64,000 bases of DNA from Escherichia coli (GCF_011045215.1 NZ_CP049201.1), one strand, 5' to 3'. Shown: positions 1-14,070, counted from the first letter of the stretch. Notes: generated by a model not told the origin, from the letters alone. Made by a program: numbers and translations.

Positions 1-1147
1 ACCTATCGGCTGCTTTCGCGGTGCGTTAGCGGGTCATTCCGCCGTGGAACTTGGTAGTCTGGTCGTGAAAGCGTTAATAGAACGTACCGGCGTTCCTGCA
101 TATGCGGTGGATGAAGTAATTCTTGGTCAGGTGTTGACTGCAGGGGCAGGGCAGAATCCGGCAAGGCAATCGGCTATTAAAGGTGGTCTTCCTAATAGCG
201 TTTCTGCAATCACGATTAATGACGTTTGCGGTTCTGGGCTTAAAGCACTGCATCTGGCTACTCAGGCGATACAGTGTGGCGAGGCTGATATTGTCATCGC
301 CGGTGGCCAGGAAAACATGAGCCGCGCACCACATGTTCTGACTGATAGCCGCACCGGTGCACAGCTTGGCAATAGCCAGTTGGTTGACAGTCTGGTGCAT
401 GATGGGTTGTGGGATGCCTTCAATGATTATCATATTGGTGTCACCGCCGAAAATCTGGCTCGCGAATATGGCATCAGCCGTCAGTTGCAGGATGCTTACG
501 CACTTAGCTCGCAACAAAAAGCGCGAGCGGCGATTGACGCCGGACGATTTAAAGATGAGATCGTCCCGGTAATGATCCAAAGTAACGGTCAGACGTTGGT
601 TGTTGATACCGATGAACAGCCACGCACTGACGCCAGTGCAGAAGGTTTAGCCCGTTTAAATCCTTCATTTGATAGTCTCGGTTCTGTGACCGCGGGGAAT
701 GCATCATCCATAAACGATGGCGCAGCTGCGGTAATGATGATGAGCGAAGCCAAAGCACGAGCGTTGAATTTACCCGTGCTGGCCCGCATCCGCGCATTTG
801 CCAGCGTTGGTGTAGATCCGGCATTGATGGGAATTGCGCCGGTGTATGCGACCCGCCGTTGCCTGGAGCGTGTAGGCTGGCAGTTGGCTGATGTCGATCT
901 TATCGAGGCTAATGAAGCGTTTGCTGCACAGGCGCTTTCGGTTGGCAAGATGCTTGAGTGGGATGAGCGTCGGGTCAATGTCAATGGTGGCGCGATCGCA
1001 CTCGGTCACCCGATAGGCGCTTCCGGTTGCCGAATCCTGGTTTCTCTGGTTCATGAAATGGTGAAACGTAATGCCCGCAAAGGGCTGGCAACGCTTTGTA
1101 TCGGCGGGGGCCAGGGCGTGGCATTGACCATTGAACGTGACGAGTAG
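1..1147 (+). CDS. yqeF: acetyl-CoA C-acetyltransferase (thiolase), 5'-truncated by window edge
   Basis: Reading frame is open from position 2 with no start codon; thiolase motifs (NDVCGSG, CIGGGQG) in translation; lies immediately upstream of kduI as in K-12. Confidence 0.85.
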   Translation, partial: PIGCFRGALAGHSAVELGSLVVKALIERTGVPAYAVDEVILGQVLTAGAGQNPARQSAIKGGLPNSVSAITINDVCGSGLKALHLATQAIQCGEADIVIAGGQENMSRAPHVLTDSRTGAQLGNSQLVDSLVHDGLWDAFNDYHIGVTAENLAREYGISRQLQDAYALSSQQKARAAIDAGRFKDEIVPVMIQSNGQTLVVDTDEQPRTDASAEGLARLNPSFDSLGSVTAGNASSINDGAAAVMMMSEAKARALNLPVLARIRAFASVGVDPALMGIAPVYATRRCLERVGWQLADVDLIEANEAFAAQALSVGKMLEWDERRVNVNGGAIALGHPIGASGCRILVSLVHEMVKRNARKGLATLCIGGGQGVALTIERDE

Positions 1148-1304
1148 CTCTGCATTTCCTCCTTACCGATAAATATCTGCCGTCATTAATCTGTTGAATA
1201 ATGATGGCTGGCAAGTCGACATACATTTTCTGGGCTCCCTCATTTTTCCATTCTCATGACATATTCGTGATCGACACTGCACTTTTTTTAATCCTTAACT
1301 TAAA

Positions 1305-1323
1305 AATGAAACATTGTTTTATT
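1305..1323 (+). promoter_or_regulatory. KdgR operator upstream of kduI
   Basis: AATGAAACATTGTTTTATT matches the KdgR consensus AATRAAAYRNYRTTTYATT at every position; about 110 bp upstream of kduI start. Confidence 0.55.
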
Positions 1324-1371
1324 TTTAATTGAAAACCCTAGCCCATGGGCATATCATCCCTTTATAGAGAA

Positions 1372-1390
1372 AACGAAACAGTGTTTCACT
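1372..1390 (+). promoter_or_regulatory. second KdgR-like operator upstream of kduI
   Basis: AACGAAACAGTGTTTCACT, palindromic GAAACA/TGTTTC core with 2 mismatches to the KdgR consensus. Confidence 0.4.
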
Positions 1391-1433
1391 ATCGTTTTCT
1401 ATTTTCACGCTTCACTGATTATCGGAGGTTGAT

Positions 1434-2270
1434 GTGGACGTAAGACAGAGCATCCACAGTGCGCACGCAAAAACGCTGGATACCCAAGGGCTGCGCAATG
1501 AATTTTTGGTTGAAGAGGTATTTGTCGCCGATGAGTACACCATGGTTTACAGCCACATTGACCGAATTATTGTTGGCGGCATTATGCCGATAACTAAAAC
1601 GGTTTCCGTTGGCGGGGAAGTTGGTAAACAACTCGGCGTAAGCTATTTCCTTGAACGTCGCGAGTTAGGTGTTATCAATATTGGCGGTGCCGGTACGATT
1701 ACTGTCGATGGCCAATGCTATGAAATCGGTCACCGCGACGCCCTGTATGTGGGTAAAGGTGCAAAAGAAGTTGTCTTTGCCAGTATTGATACCGCCACTC
1801 CGGCAAAGTTTTATTACAATTGCGCACCCGCGCATACGACGTATCCCACCAAAAAAGTCACACCGGACGAAGTATCTCCAGTCACGTTAGGCGATAACCT
1901 CACCAGTAACCGTCGCACAATTAACAAATATTTTGTCCCGGATGTGCTGGAAACCTGCCAATTGAGTATGGGGCTGACGGAGCTGGCTCCAGGTAACTTG
2001 TGGAACACCATGCCGTGTCACACTCACGAGCGCCGGATGGAAGTTTATTTCTATTTCAATATGGATGATGACGCCTGCGTTTTCCACATGATGGGGCAGC
2101 CGCAAGAAACGCGTCACATTGTGATGCATAACGAGCAGGCGGTGATCTCCCCGAGCTGGTCGATTCATTCCGGCGTCGGAACCAAAGCTTATACCTTTAT
2201 CTGGGGCATGGTCGGTGAAAACCAGGTCTTTGATGATATGGACCATGTGGCCGTTAAAGATTTGCGCTAG
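1434..2270 (+). CDS. kduI: 5-dehydro-4-deoxy-D-glucuronate isomerase
   Basis: 278-aa ORF, N-terminus [11 protein letters not shown], length and synteny match KduI. Confidence 0.95.
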   Translation: MDVRQSIHSAHAKTLDTQGLRNEFLVEEVFVADEYTMVYSHIDRIIVGGIMPITKTVSVGGEVGKQLGVSYFLERRELGVINIGGAGTITVDGQCYEIGHRDALYVGKGAKEVVFASIDTATPAKFYYNCAPAHTTYPTKKVTPDEVSPVTLGDNLTSNRRTINKYFVPDVLETCQLSMGLTELAPGNLWNTMPCHTHERRMEVYFYFNMDDDACVFHMMGQPQETRHIVMHNEQAVISPSWSIHSGVGTKAYTFIWGMVGENQVFDDMDHVAVKDLR

Positions 2271-2299
2271 TTGTGGGCATAAACGAATAAGGTATTGTT

Positions 2300-3061
2300 A
2301 TGATTTTAAGTGCATTTTCTCTCGAAGGTAAAGTTGCGGTCGTCACTGGTTGTGATACTGGGCTGGGCCAGGGGATGGCGTTGGGGCTGGCGCAAGCGGG
2401 CTGTGACATTGTTGGCATTAACATCGTTGAACCGACTGAAACCATCGAGCAGGTCACGGCGCTGGGGCGTCGTTTTTTAAGCCTGACCGCCGATCTGCGA
2501 AAGATTGATGGCATTCCTGGACTGCTGGATCGCGCGGTAGCTGAATTTGGTCATATTGATATCCTGGTGAATAACGCCGGATTGATTCGCCGCGAAGACG
2601 CTCTCGAGTTCAGCGAAAAAGACTGGGACGATGTCATGAACCTGAATATCAAGAGCGTATTCTTCATGTCTCAGGCAGCGGCGAAACACTTTATCGCGCA
2701 AGGCAATGGCGGCAAGATTATCAATATCGCGTCAATGCTCTCCTTCCAGGGCGGGATCCGTGTGCCTTCTTATACCGCATCAAAAAGCGGCGTGATGGGT
2801 GTGACGCGATTGATGGCGAACGAATGGGCTAAACACAACATTAATGTTAATGCGATAGCTCCGGGTTACATGGCGACCAACAATACTCAACAACTACGGG
2901 CAGATGAACAACGTAGCGCGGAAATTCTCGACCGCATTCCAGCTGGTCGTTGGGGACTGCCGAGTGACCTGATGGGGCCGATAGTGTTCCTTGCCTCCAG
3001 CGCTTCAGATTATGTGAATGGTTATACCATTGCCGTGGATGGCGGTTGGCTGGCGCGTTAA
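2300..3061 (+). CDS. kduD: 2-dehydro-3-deoxy-D-gluconate 5-dehydrogenase (SDR family)
   Basis: 253-aa ORF with SDR glycine-rich NAD motif (VTGCDTGLG); 29 bp after kduI. Confidence 0.95.
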   Translation: MILSAFSLEGKVAVVTGCDTGLGQGMALGLAQAGCDIVGINIVEPTETIEQVTALGRRFLSLTADLRKIDGIPGLLDRAVAEFGHIDILVNNAGLIRREDALEFSEKDWDDVMNLNIKSVFFMSQAAAKHFIAQGNGGKIINIASMLSFQGGIRVPSYTASKSGVMGVTRLMANEWAKHNINVNAIAPGYMATNNTQQLRADEQRSAEILDRIPAGRWGLPSDLMGPIVFLASSASDYVNGYTIAVDGGWLAR

Positions 3062-3083
3062 TTCATTCTTCTTACTTTTATGA

Positions 3084-3108
3084 CCCTGCCGCATGGCAGG
3101 GTTTTTTA
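3084..3108 (+). terminator. rho-independent terminator after kduD
   Basis: GC hairpin CCCTGCC-GCAT-GGCAGGG followed by T-run. Confidence 0.6.
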
Positions 3109-3249
3109 TACCTGTAGATCATCATAATCCATATCATGGTTATGAAATAATCCATATTAATTATCAATTAATGAACTTTATGAATTTTATCTGCTGTAAA
3201 ATTAGGTGGTTAATAATAATCTCAATAATTCAACTTAATTTGAAAATTG

Positions 3250-3315
3250 GAATATCCATCACATAACGACATGTCGCAGCAATTTAATCCATATTTATGC
3301 TGTTTCCGACCTGAC
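3250..3315 (+). promoter_or_regulatory. araE promoter region with AraC-like half-sites
   Basis: AGCAATTTAATCCATA resembles araI1 (TAGCATTTTTATCCATA); downstream CCGACCTGA resembles araI2; a further ATATCCATCA upstream. Confidence 0.35.
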
Positions 3316-3375
3316 ACCTGCGTGAGTTGTTCACGTATTTTTTCACTATGTCTTACTCTCTGCTGGCAGGAAAAA

Positions 3376-4794
3376 ATGGTTACTATCAATACGGAATCTG
3401 CTTTAACGCCACGTTCTTTGCGGGATACGCGGCGTATGAATATGTTTGTTTCGGTAGCTGCTGCGGTCGCAGGATTGTTATTTGGTCTTGATATCGGCGT
3501 AATCGCCGGAGCGTTGCCGTTCATTACCGATCACTTTGTGCTGACCAGTCGTTTGCAGGAATGGGTGGTTAGTAGCATGATGCTCGGCGCAGCAATTGGT
3601 GCGCTGTTTAATGGTTGGCTGTCGTTCCGCCTGGGTCGTAAATACAGCCTGATGGCGGGGGCCATCCTGTTTGTACTCGGTTCTATAGGGTCCGCTTTTG
3701 CGACCAGCGTAGAGATGTTAATCGCCGCTCGTGTGGTGCTGGGCATTGCTGTCGGGATCGCGTCTTACACCGCTCCTCTGTATCTTTCTGAAATGGCAAG
3801 TGAAAACGTTCGCGGTAAGATGATCAGTATGTACCAGTTGATGGTCACACTCGGCATCGTGCTGGCGTTTTTATCCGATACAGCGTTCAGTTATAGCGGT
3901 AACTGGCGCGCAATGTTGGGGGTTCTTGCTTTACCAGCAGTCCTGCTGATTATTCTGGTGGTCTTCCTGCCAAATAGCCCGCGCTGGCTGGCGGAAAAGG
4001 GGCGTCATATTGAGGCGGAAGAAGTGTTGCGTATGCTGCGCGATACGTCGGAAAAAGCGCGAGAAGAACTCAACGAAATTCGTGAAAGCCTGAAGTTAAA
4101 ACAAGGCGGTTGGGCACTGTTTAAGATCAACCGTAACGTCCGTCGTGCTGTGTTTCTCGGTATGTTGTTGCAGGCGATGCAGCAGTTTACCGGTATGAAC
4201 ATCATCATGTACTATGCGCCGCGTATCTTCAAAATGGCGGGCTTTACGACCACAGAACAACAGATGATTGCGACTCTGGTCGTGGGACTGACCTTTATGT
4301 TCGCGACCTTCATTGCGGTCTTTACGGTAGATAAAGCAGGTCGTAAACCGGCTCTGAAAATTGGTTTCAGCGTGATGGCGTTAGGCACTCTGGTGCTGGG
4401 CTATTGCCTGATGCAGTTTGATAACGGTACGGCTTCCAGTGGCTTGTCCTGGCTCTCTGTTGGCATGACGATGATGTGTATTGCCGGTTATGCGATGAGC
4501 GCCGCGCCAGTGGTGTGGATCCTGTGCTCTGAAATTCAGCCGCTGAAATGCCGCGATTTCGGTATTACCTGTTCGACGACGACAAACTGGGTGTCGAATA
4601 TGATTATCGGCGCGACCTTCCTGACACTGCTTGATAGCATTGGCGCTGCCGGTACGTTCTGGCTCTACACTGCGCTGAACATTGCGTTTGTGGGCATCAC
4701 TTTCTGGCTCATTCCGGAAACCAAAAATGTCACGCTGGAACATATCGAACGCAAACTGATGGCAGGCGAGAAGTTGAGAAATATCGGCGTCTGA
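3376..4794 (+). CDS. araE: arabinose:H+ symporter (MFS sugar porter)
   Basis: ORF track frame 3247..4794; ATG matching the known N-terminus [14 protein letters not shown] gives 472 aa. Confidence 0.95.
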
Positions 4795-4800
4795 TTTCAC

Positions 4801-4833
4801 GGGCCGGATGTGCTGTACATCCGGCCCTTTTTT
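4801..4833 (+). terminator. rho-independent terminator after araE
   Basis: Hairpin GGGCCGGATGT...ACATCCGGCCC followed by TTTTTT. Confidence 0.7.
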
Positions 4834-4922
4834 CGTTAATAGAGATCGGGCACCTGGCCGTTGAGGCGTTTGTCTCGTTCCTTATTCAGCCTTGTTGCGG
4901 TAACACACATCAGGAGAGAGGA

Positions 4923-5615
4923 ATGAAAACAATTGGTTTGCTGGGAGGAATGAGCTGGGAATCCACCATTCCTTACTATCGTCTGATAAATGAAGGCATT
5001 AAACAGCGGCTTGGTGGGCTTCACTCTGCGCAAGTGCTGCTACATAGCGTCGATTTTCATGAAATAGAAGAGTGCCAGCGTCGCGGGGAATGGGATAAAA
5101 CCGGGGACATTCTGGCTGAGGCGGCGCTTGGCTTACAGCGGGCGGGCGCAGAAGGTATTGTGTTATGTACCAATACGATGCATAAAGTGGCGGATGCCAT
5201 TGAGTCACGTTGCACTCTGCCTTTCTTACACATTGCGGATGCCACCGGACGTGCAATTACCGGGGCCGGAATGACTCGTGTGGCGCTGCTGGGTACGCGT
5301 TACACCATGGAACAGGATTTTTATCGCGGGCGGCTGACGGAACAATTTTCCATCAATTGTCTTATTCCTGAAGCGGATGAACGGGCGAAAATTAATCAGA
5401 TTATTTTTGAAGAACTGTGTCTGGGGCAATTTACCGAAGCGTCACGCGCTTATTATGCGCAAGTGATTGCTCGCCTTGCAGAACAGGGCGCACAGGGCGT
5501 CATTTTTGGCTGCACAGAAATTGGTTTACTGGTGCCAGAAGAGCGCAGTGTTTTGCCTGTGTTTGATACTGCGGCGATCCATGCCGAGGATGCTGTCGCT
5601 TTTATGCTGTCGTAG
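4923..5615 (+). CDS. ygeA: Asp/Glu-family amino acid racemase
   Basis: 230-aa ORF, length and synteny match YgeA. Confidence 0.9.
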
Positions 5616-6537
5616 CTGACGACAAAATAGCGTCAAGAGAAGTGACCAGTTTCGGTAACCCCGCTTGTAAATGCTCACTAAACGCCTGCACCAGCGCTGA
5701 TGACGGGCGGTGCAGGGGGCGGATCAGGCTGACGGTGAACGGAACCGCAATACTGAACCGCCGCACCACTAAACCGCTTGCCGCATAATCCAGTGCGGTG
5801 AGCGGGTTAACCACCGAAACACCTACCCCCGCCCGTACCATTGCGCAGACTGACGCGGCGCTGTGGGTTTCTACGATCATGCGTCGTTTAACCTGATGTT
5901 CAGTAAATAGCTGATCCAGCAACTGGCGATAGCTGTCAGTACGGGAAAGGCTGATGTAGTTCTCACCCTGAAAATCATCCGGCGTTAATACCTTTTTTAC
6001 CGCCAGCGGATGACCCGGAGGTAACACACACACTTCATCTAAAGAGAGTAATTCGGTACGTTCTGTTCCCGCAGGCGTATGGAGCGTCTCAGTGAACCCT
6101 AAATCATGACGCTGGGCCGAGAGCCACTCTTCAAGTAGCGGTGATTCCTGGGGCACGATATTTAAGCTGACATCGGGATAACGTGCCAGAAAGGGTTGCA
6201 GGAGCTGCGGTAAAAAAGATTGCGAAAAGACTGGCAGGCAGGCAATAGACAGTTCTCCCTGGCGAAACTCGCGCAGACTTTCTGCGGCGCTGACAATGCG
6301 ATCCAGTCCGTACCAGGATCGTTGCACTTCTTCAAACAGACGCAGTCCTTGCACGGTAGGATGTAATCGTCCACGTACGCGCTCAAACAATTTTAGCCCG
6401 ATCACCTTCTCAAAGCGCGCCAGTTCGCGGCTGACGGTTGGCTGTGAGGTGTGTAGCAGGTGTGCCGCCTCAGTCAGGCTTCCGGCGGTCATTACCGCAT
6501 GAAAAATTTCAATATGACGTAAGTTAACGGCGGCCAT
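5602..6537 (-). CDS. lysR: LysR transcriptional activator of lysA
   Basis: ORF trimmed to [15 protein letters not shown] (311 aa); HTH LysR N-terminus; divergent from lysA. Confidence 0.95.
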
Positions 6538-6659
6538 TAGCACTCTCTCGCAATCCGGTAATCCATATCATTTTTGCATAGACTCGACATAAATCGATAT
6601 TTTTTATTCTTTTTATGATGTGGCGTAATCATAAAAAAAGCACTTATCTGGAGTTTGCT

Positions 6660-7922
6660 ATGCCACATTCACTGTTCAGCACCGATACCGATCTCACTGC
6701 CGAAAATCTGCTGCGTTTGCCCGCTGAATTTGGCTGCCCGGTGTGGGTCTACGATGCGCAAATTATTCGTCGGCAGATTGCAGCGCTGAAACAGTTTGAT
6801 GTGGTGCGCTTTGCACAGAAAGCCTGTTCCAATATTCATATTTTGCGCTTAATGCGTGAGCAGGGCGTGAAAGTGGATTCCGTCTCGTTAGGCGAAATAG
6901 AGCGTGCGTTGGCGGCGGGTTACAATCCGCAAACGCACCCCGATGATATTGTTTTTACGGCAGATGTTATCGATCAGGCGACGCTTGAACGCGTCAGTGA
7001 ATTGCAAATTCCGGTGAATGCGGGTTCTGTTGATATGCTCGACCAACTGGGCCAGGTTTCGCCAGGGCATCGGGTATGGCTGCGCGTTAACCCGGGGTTT
7101 GGTCACGGACATAGCCAAAAAACCAATACCGGTGGCGAAAACAGCAAGCACGGTATCTGGTACACCGATCTGCCCGCCGCACTGGACGTGATACAACGTC
7201 ATCATCTGCAGCTGGTCGGCATTCACATGCACATTGGTTCTGGCGTTGATTATGCCCATCTGGAACAGGTGTGTGGTGCGATGGTGCGTCAGGTCCTCGA
7301 ATTCGGTCAGGATTTACAGGCTATTTCTGCAGGCGGTGGGCTTTCTGTTCCTTATCAACAGGGTGAAGAGGCGGTTGATACCGAACATTATTATGGTCTG
7401 TGGAATGCCGCGCGTGAGCAAATTGCCCGCCATTTGGGCCACCCTGTGAAACTGGAAATTGAACCGGGTCGCTTCCTGGTAGCGCAGTCTGGCGTATTAA
7501 TTACTCAGGTGCGGAGCGTCAAACAAATGGGTAGCCGCCACTTTGTGCTTGTTGATGCCGGGTTCAACGATCTGATGCGCCCGGCAATGTACGGTAGTTA
7601 CCACCATATCAGTGCTCTGGCAGCTGATGGTCGTTCTCTGGAACACGCGCCAACGGTGGAAACCGTCGTCGCCGGGCCGTTATGTGAATCGGGCGATGTC
7701 TTTACCCAGCAGGAAGGGGGAAATGTCGAAACCCGCGCCTTGCCGGAAGTGAAGGCGGGTGATTATCTGGTACTGCATGATACAGGGGCATATGGCGCAT
7801 CAATGTCATCCAACTACAACAGCCGTCCACTGTTACCAGAAGTTCTGTTTGATAATGGTCAGGCGCGGTTGATTCGCCGTCGCCAGACCATCGAAGAATT
7901 ACTGGCGCTGGAATTGCTTTAA
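6660..7922 (+). CDS. lysA: diaminopimelate decarboxylase
   Basis: ORF trimmed to MPHSLFSTDTDLTAENL (420 aa). Confidence 0.95.
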   Translation: MPHSLFSTDTDLTAENLLRLPAEFGCPVWVYDAQIIRRQIAALKQFDVVRFAQKACSNIHILRLMREQGVKVDSVSLGEIERALAAGYNPQTHPDDIVFTADVIDQATLERVSELQIPVNAGSVDMLDQLGQVSPGHRVWLRVNPGFGHGHSQKTNTGGENSKHGIWYTDLPAALDVIQRHHLQLVGIHMHIGSGVDYAHLEQVCGAMVRQVLEFGQDLQAISAGGGLSVPYQQGEEAVDTEHYYGLWNAAREQIARHLGHPVKLEIEPGRFLVAQSGVLITQVRSVKQMGSRHFVLVDAGFNDLMRPAMYGSYHHISALAADGRSLEHAPTVETVVAGPLCESGDVFTQQEGGNVETRALPEVKAGDYLVLHDTGAYGASMSSNYNSRPLLPEVLFDNGQARLIRRRQTIEELLALELL

Positions 7923-7928
7923 CTGCGG

Positions 7929-8960
7929 TTAGTCGCTGGTTGCATGATGACTTGCCTCCAGCGACGGAGTTGACACTGAATGGCGACGTACCAGCGTCGG
8001 ACTAAAGACATTAGTGATTTCCGGGAGAGGGCGATTATCCGCCAGCGCCAAAGCCAGTTCGGCAGCCTGGGTCGCCATCGTCACGATTGGATAACGCACG
8101 GTGGTCAGGCGCGGTCGCACATAGCGTGACACCAGCACATCATCAAAGCCAATTAACGAAATTTCGCCCGGTACATCAATACCATTATCATTGAGAACGC
8201 CCATCGCACCTGCCGCCATTGAATCGTTATAACAGGCTACCGCAGTGAAATTTCTTCCTCGTCCCAAAAGCTCGGTCATTGCCTGTTCGCCGCCGCTTTC
8301 GTCTGGTTCGCCAAATGTCACCAGCCGATCATTGGCCGGAATACCACTTTCAGCAAGGGCATCGTAATACCCTTGCAGACGATCTTCGGCGTCAGAAATA
8401 GAGTGGTTAGAGCACAGATAACCAATGCGGGTATGACCTTGCTGAATTAAATGACGCGTTGCCAGCCAGGCACCGTAACGATCGTCCAGAGCAATACAAC
8501 GGTTTTCAAAGCCAGGCAGGATACGGTTGATCAGCACCATACCGGGCATTTGTTTCATTAATGAGGCTAAATCGGCATCCGGGATCATTTTGGCATGGAC
8601 GACCAACGCAGCACAGCGATGGCGGATCAGTTGCTCAATAGCCTGACGCTCTTTTTGTTCGTTGTGGTAACCGTTGCCAATCAATAAGAAATTACCGGTG
8701 TGATAAGCCACCTGTTCGACCGCTTTCACCATTGCACCGAAAAACGGATCGGAAACATCACCAACGACCAGACCGACCGTTTCAGTGGTCTGCTGCGCCA
8801 GCGCACGGGCGTTGGCGTTCGGGTGATAGCTAAGAGACTCCATTGCACTATGCACAGCCAGCCGGGAAGCTTCGCTGGCTTTGGGTGAATTATTAATGAC
8901 GCGGGAAACGGTGGCGACTGAAACGCCTGCCAGTCGGGCTACATCCTTTATGGTCGCCAT
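7929..8960 (-). CDS. galR: galactose repressor (LacI/GalR family)
   Basis: 343-aa ORF, N-terminal HTH MATIKDVARLAGVSVATVSRV. Confidence 0.95.
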   Translation of the reverse strand: MATIKDVARLAGVSVATVSRVINNSPKASEASRLAVHSAMESLSYHPNANARALAQQTTETVGLVVGDVSDPFFGAMVKAVEQVAYHTGNFLLIGNGYHNEQKERQAIEQLIRHRCAALVVHAKMIPDADLASLMKQMPGMVLINRILPGFENRCIALDDRYGAWLATRHLIQQGHTRIGYLCSNHSISDAEDRLQGYYDALAESGIPANDRLVTFGEPDESGGEQAMTELLGRGRNFTAVACYNDSMAAGAMGVLNDNGIDVPGEISLIGFDDVLVSRYVRPRLTTVRYPIVTMATQAAELALALADNRPLPEITNVFSPTLVRRHSVSTPSLEASHHATSD

Positions 8961-9173
8961 GAAAATACCTTAGTGGGTAAACGCTTACATTCTTTCAGTG
9001 TTACGGAAAACGCCCGTTGGTTCAAGGGGTGGCGTGTTTTCATCGTGGGAATGTGAGCCAAACGCAAATAAGTAAGACAAAAAAAGAGATTGCAAACCTT
9101 TGGTTACACTTTGCGAAACGCTGTTGCGATTGACCGCTGGTGGCGTTTGGCTTCAGGTTGCTAAAGTGGTGAT

Positions 9174-9256
9174 CCCAGAGGTATTGATAGGTGAAGTCAA
9201 CTTCGGGTTGAGCACATGAATTACACCAGCCTGCGCAGATGCGCAGGTTTTTTTTT
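9174..9256 (+). ncRNA. omrB: OmrB small RNA (RygB)
   Basis: Begins CCCAGAGGTATTGATAGGTGAAG, ends in hairpin CCTGCGCAGATGCGCAGG plus T9; matches my recollection of OmrB; located between galR and aas. Confidence 0.8.
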
Positions 9257-9370
9257 GCCGGTCATCAATCTGTAACAGTAACCGACAATTTACACACCTC
9301 GTTGCATTTCCCTTCATTCCTTTGCGTTTTCTCGCTGGCGAAGAGTCGTCGTGCAGACCACAATCAAGAT

Positions 9371-9458
9371 CCCAGAGGTATTGATTGGTGAGATTATTCG
9401 GTACGCTCTTCGTACCCTGTCTCTTGCACCAACCTGCGCGGATGCGCAGGTTTTTTTT
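9371..9458 (+). ncRNA. omrA: OmrA small RNA (RygA)
   Basis: Begins CCCAGAGGTATTGATTGGTGAGATTATTCGG, ends in hairpin CCTGCGCGGATGCGCAGG plus T8; paralogue of omrB about 200 bp downstream. Confidence 0.8.
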
Positions 9459-9524
9459 CGCACCTAATTTACTGTCGCTCGCGTTCTTTATCTCGTGTAA
9501 TCTCCCTCCATTCGCTTTTACTGA

Positions 9525-12891
<3,367 letters not shown>

Positions 12892-12896
12892 TATTT

Positions 12897-12921
12897 AACG
12901 CCGGTTTGAACCGGCGTTAAT
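12897..12921. terminator. bidirectional terminator between convergent lplT and tas
   Basis: Hairpin AACGCCGGTT-TGAA-CCGGCGTT flanked by A/T runs on both sides. Confidence 0.55.
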
Positions 12922-12922
12922 C

Positions 12923-13963
12923 TTATGGTGCAGGATAAGTATAAACCTGATGCACCGCTTCAATTTCAGCTAAAACTTCTTCGCTCAACTCCAGATGCAA
13001 ACTTTCGACGTTAGTTTTCAGCTGCTCCATCGTGGTTGCGCCCAGCAGAGTGCTGGCAACAAACGGTTGACGGCGTACAAAAGCGAGCGCCATCTGAGCA
13101 GGATCCAGCCCATGACGTCTGGCAATATCAACATACGCCGCGACGGCTTTTTGCGTTTGCTCACCGCTATAGCGGGTGAACCGACTAAAGAGCGTATTAC
13201 GTGCGCCAGCGGGTTTTGCACCGTTGAGATATTTCCCGGTCAGCGTGCCGAAACCCAGGCACGAATAGGCCAGCAGTTCGACCCCTTCATACTGGCTGAC
13301 TTCTGCCAGACCTACTTCAAAACTGCGGTTTAACAGACTGTAAGGGTTCTGAATGGTGACAATACGCGGCAGATCGTGTTTGTCCGCCAGATGCAGGTAG
13401 CGCATTACGCCAAATGCAGTTTCGTTCGACACGCCGATATAACGAATTTTTCCCGCTCGTTGGTACTCTGCCAGTGCGTCCAGCGTATCCAGCAGCGAAA
13501 CCGCAGGCGCAGAATCTGTCCAGCTATAACCGAGTTTGCCGAAGCAGTTGGTTGGGCGCTGCGGCCAGTGCACCTGATAAAGATCGAGGTAATCAGTCTG
13601 CAGACGCTTGAGGCTGTCATGCAACGCTTCGCGGATATTCTTCCGATCCAGCGCCTGATCCGGGCGGATGCCCTTGTCATTATTGCGCGACGGTCCGCTC
13701 ACTTTGGAGGCGATAATTAACTTTTCGCGGCTGCCATGTTTCGCCAGCCAGTTGCCGACGTAGGTTTCGGTTAACCCTTGCGTTTCGGGGCGCGGAGGTA
13801 CTGGGTACATTTCGGCAACGTCGATAAGGTTAATGCCCTGAGCGACGGCATAGTCGAGTTGTGCGTGGGCGTCGGCTTCGCTGTTCTGTTCACCAAACGT
13901 CATCGTGCCAAGCCCCAGCGTGCTGACTTCCAGCGAACTGTGGGGTATACGGTGATATTGCAT
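12923..13963 (-). CDS. tas: NADP(H)-dependent aldo-keto reductase
   Basis: 346-aa ORF, AKR family, length and synteny match Tas. Confidence 0.93.
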   Translation of the reverse strand: MQYHRIPHSSLEVSTLGLGTMTFGEQNSEADAHAQLDYAVAQGINLIDVAEMYPVPPRPETQGLTETYVGNWLAKHGSREKLIIASKVSGPSRNNDKGIRPDQALDRKNIREALHDSLKRLQTDYLDLYQVHWPQRPTNCFGKLGYSWTDSAPAVSLLDTLDALAEYQRAGKIRYIGVSNETAFGVMRYLHLADKHDLPRIVTIQNPYSLLNRSFEVGLAEVSQYEGVELLAYSCLGFGTLTGKYLNGAKPAGARNTLFSRFTRYSGEQTQKAVAAYVDIARRHGLDPAQMALAFVRRQPFVASTLLGATTMEQLKTNVESLHLELSEEVLAEIEAVHQVYTYPAP

Positions 13964-14070
13964 AGCCGTTTCCTTTTTATAATCACGACATAAGGAATAT
14001 AAAAATGGCAGAGGGAAGGGAAAAGGGAAAGAGAAAAATCTTAAGGCCAGCCGGATGCTGACCTTATTTG

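Noticed and set aside
3247-3375. TTG-initiated 43-codon extension upstream of araE
   Set aside because: The known AraE N-terminus (MVTINTES) begins at ATG 3376; the extension overlaps the AraC/promoter region and is Cys-rich and implausible.
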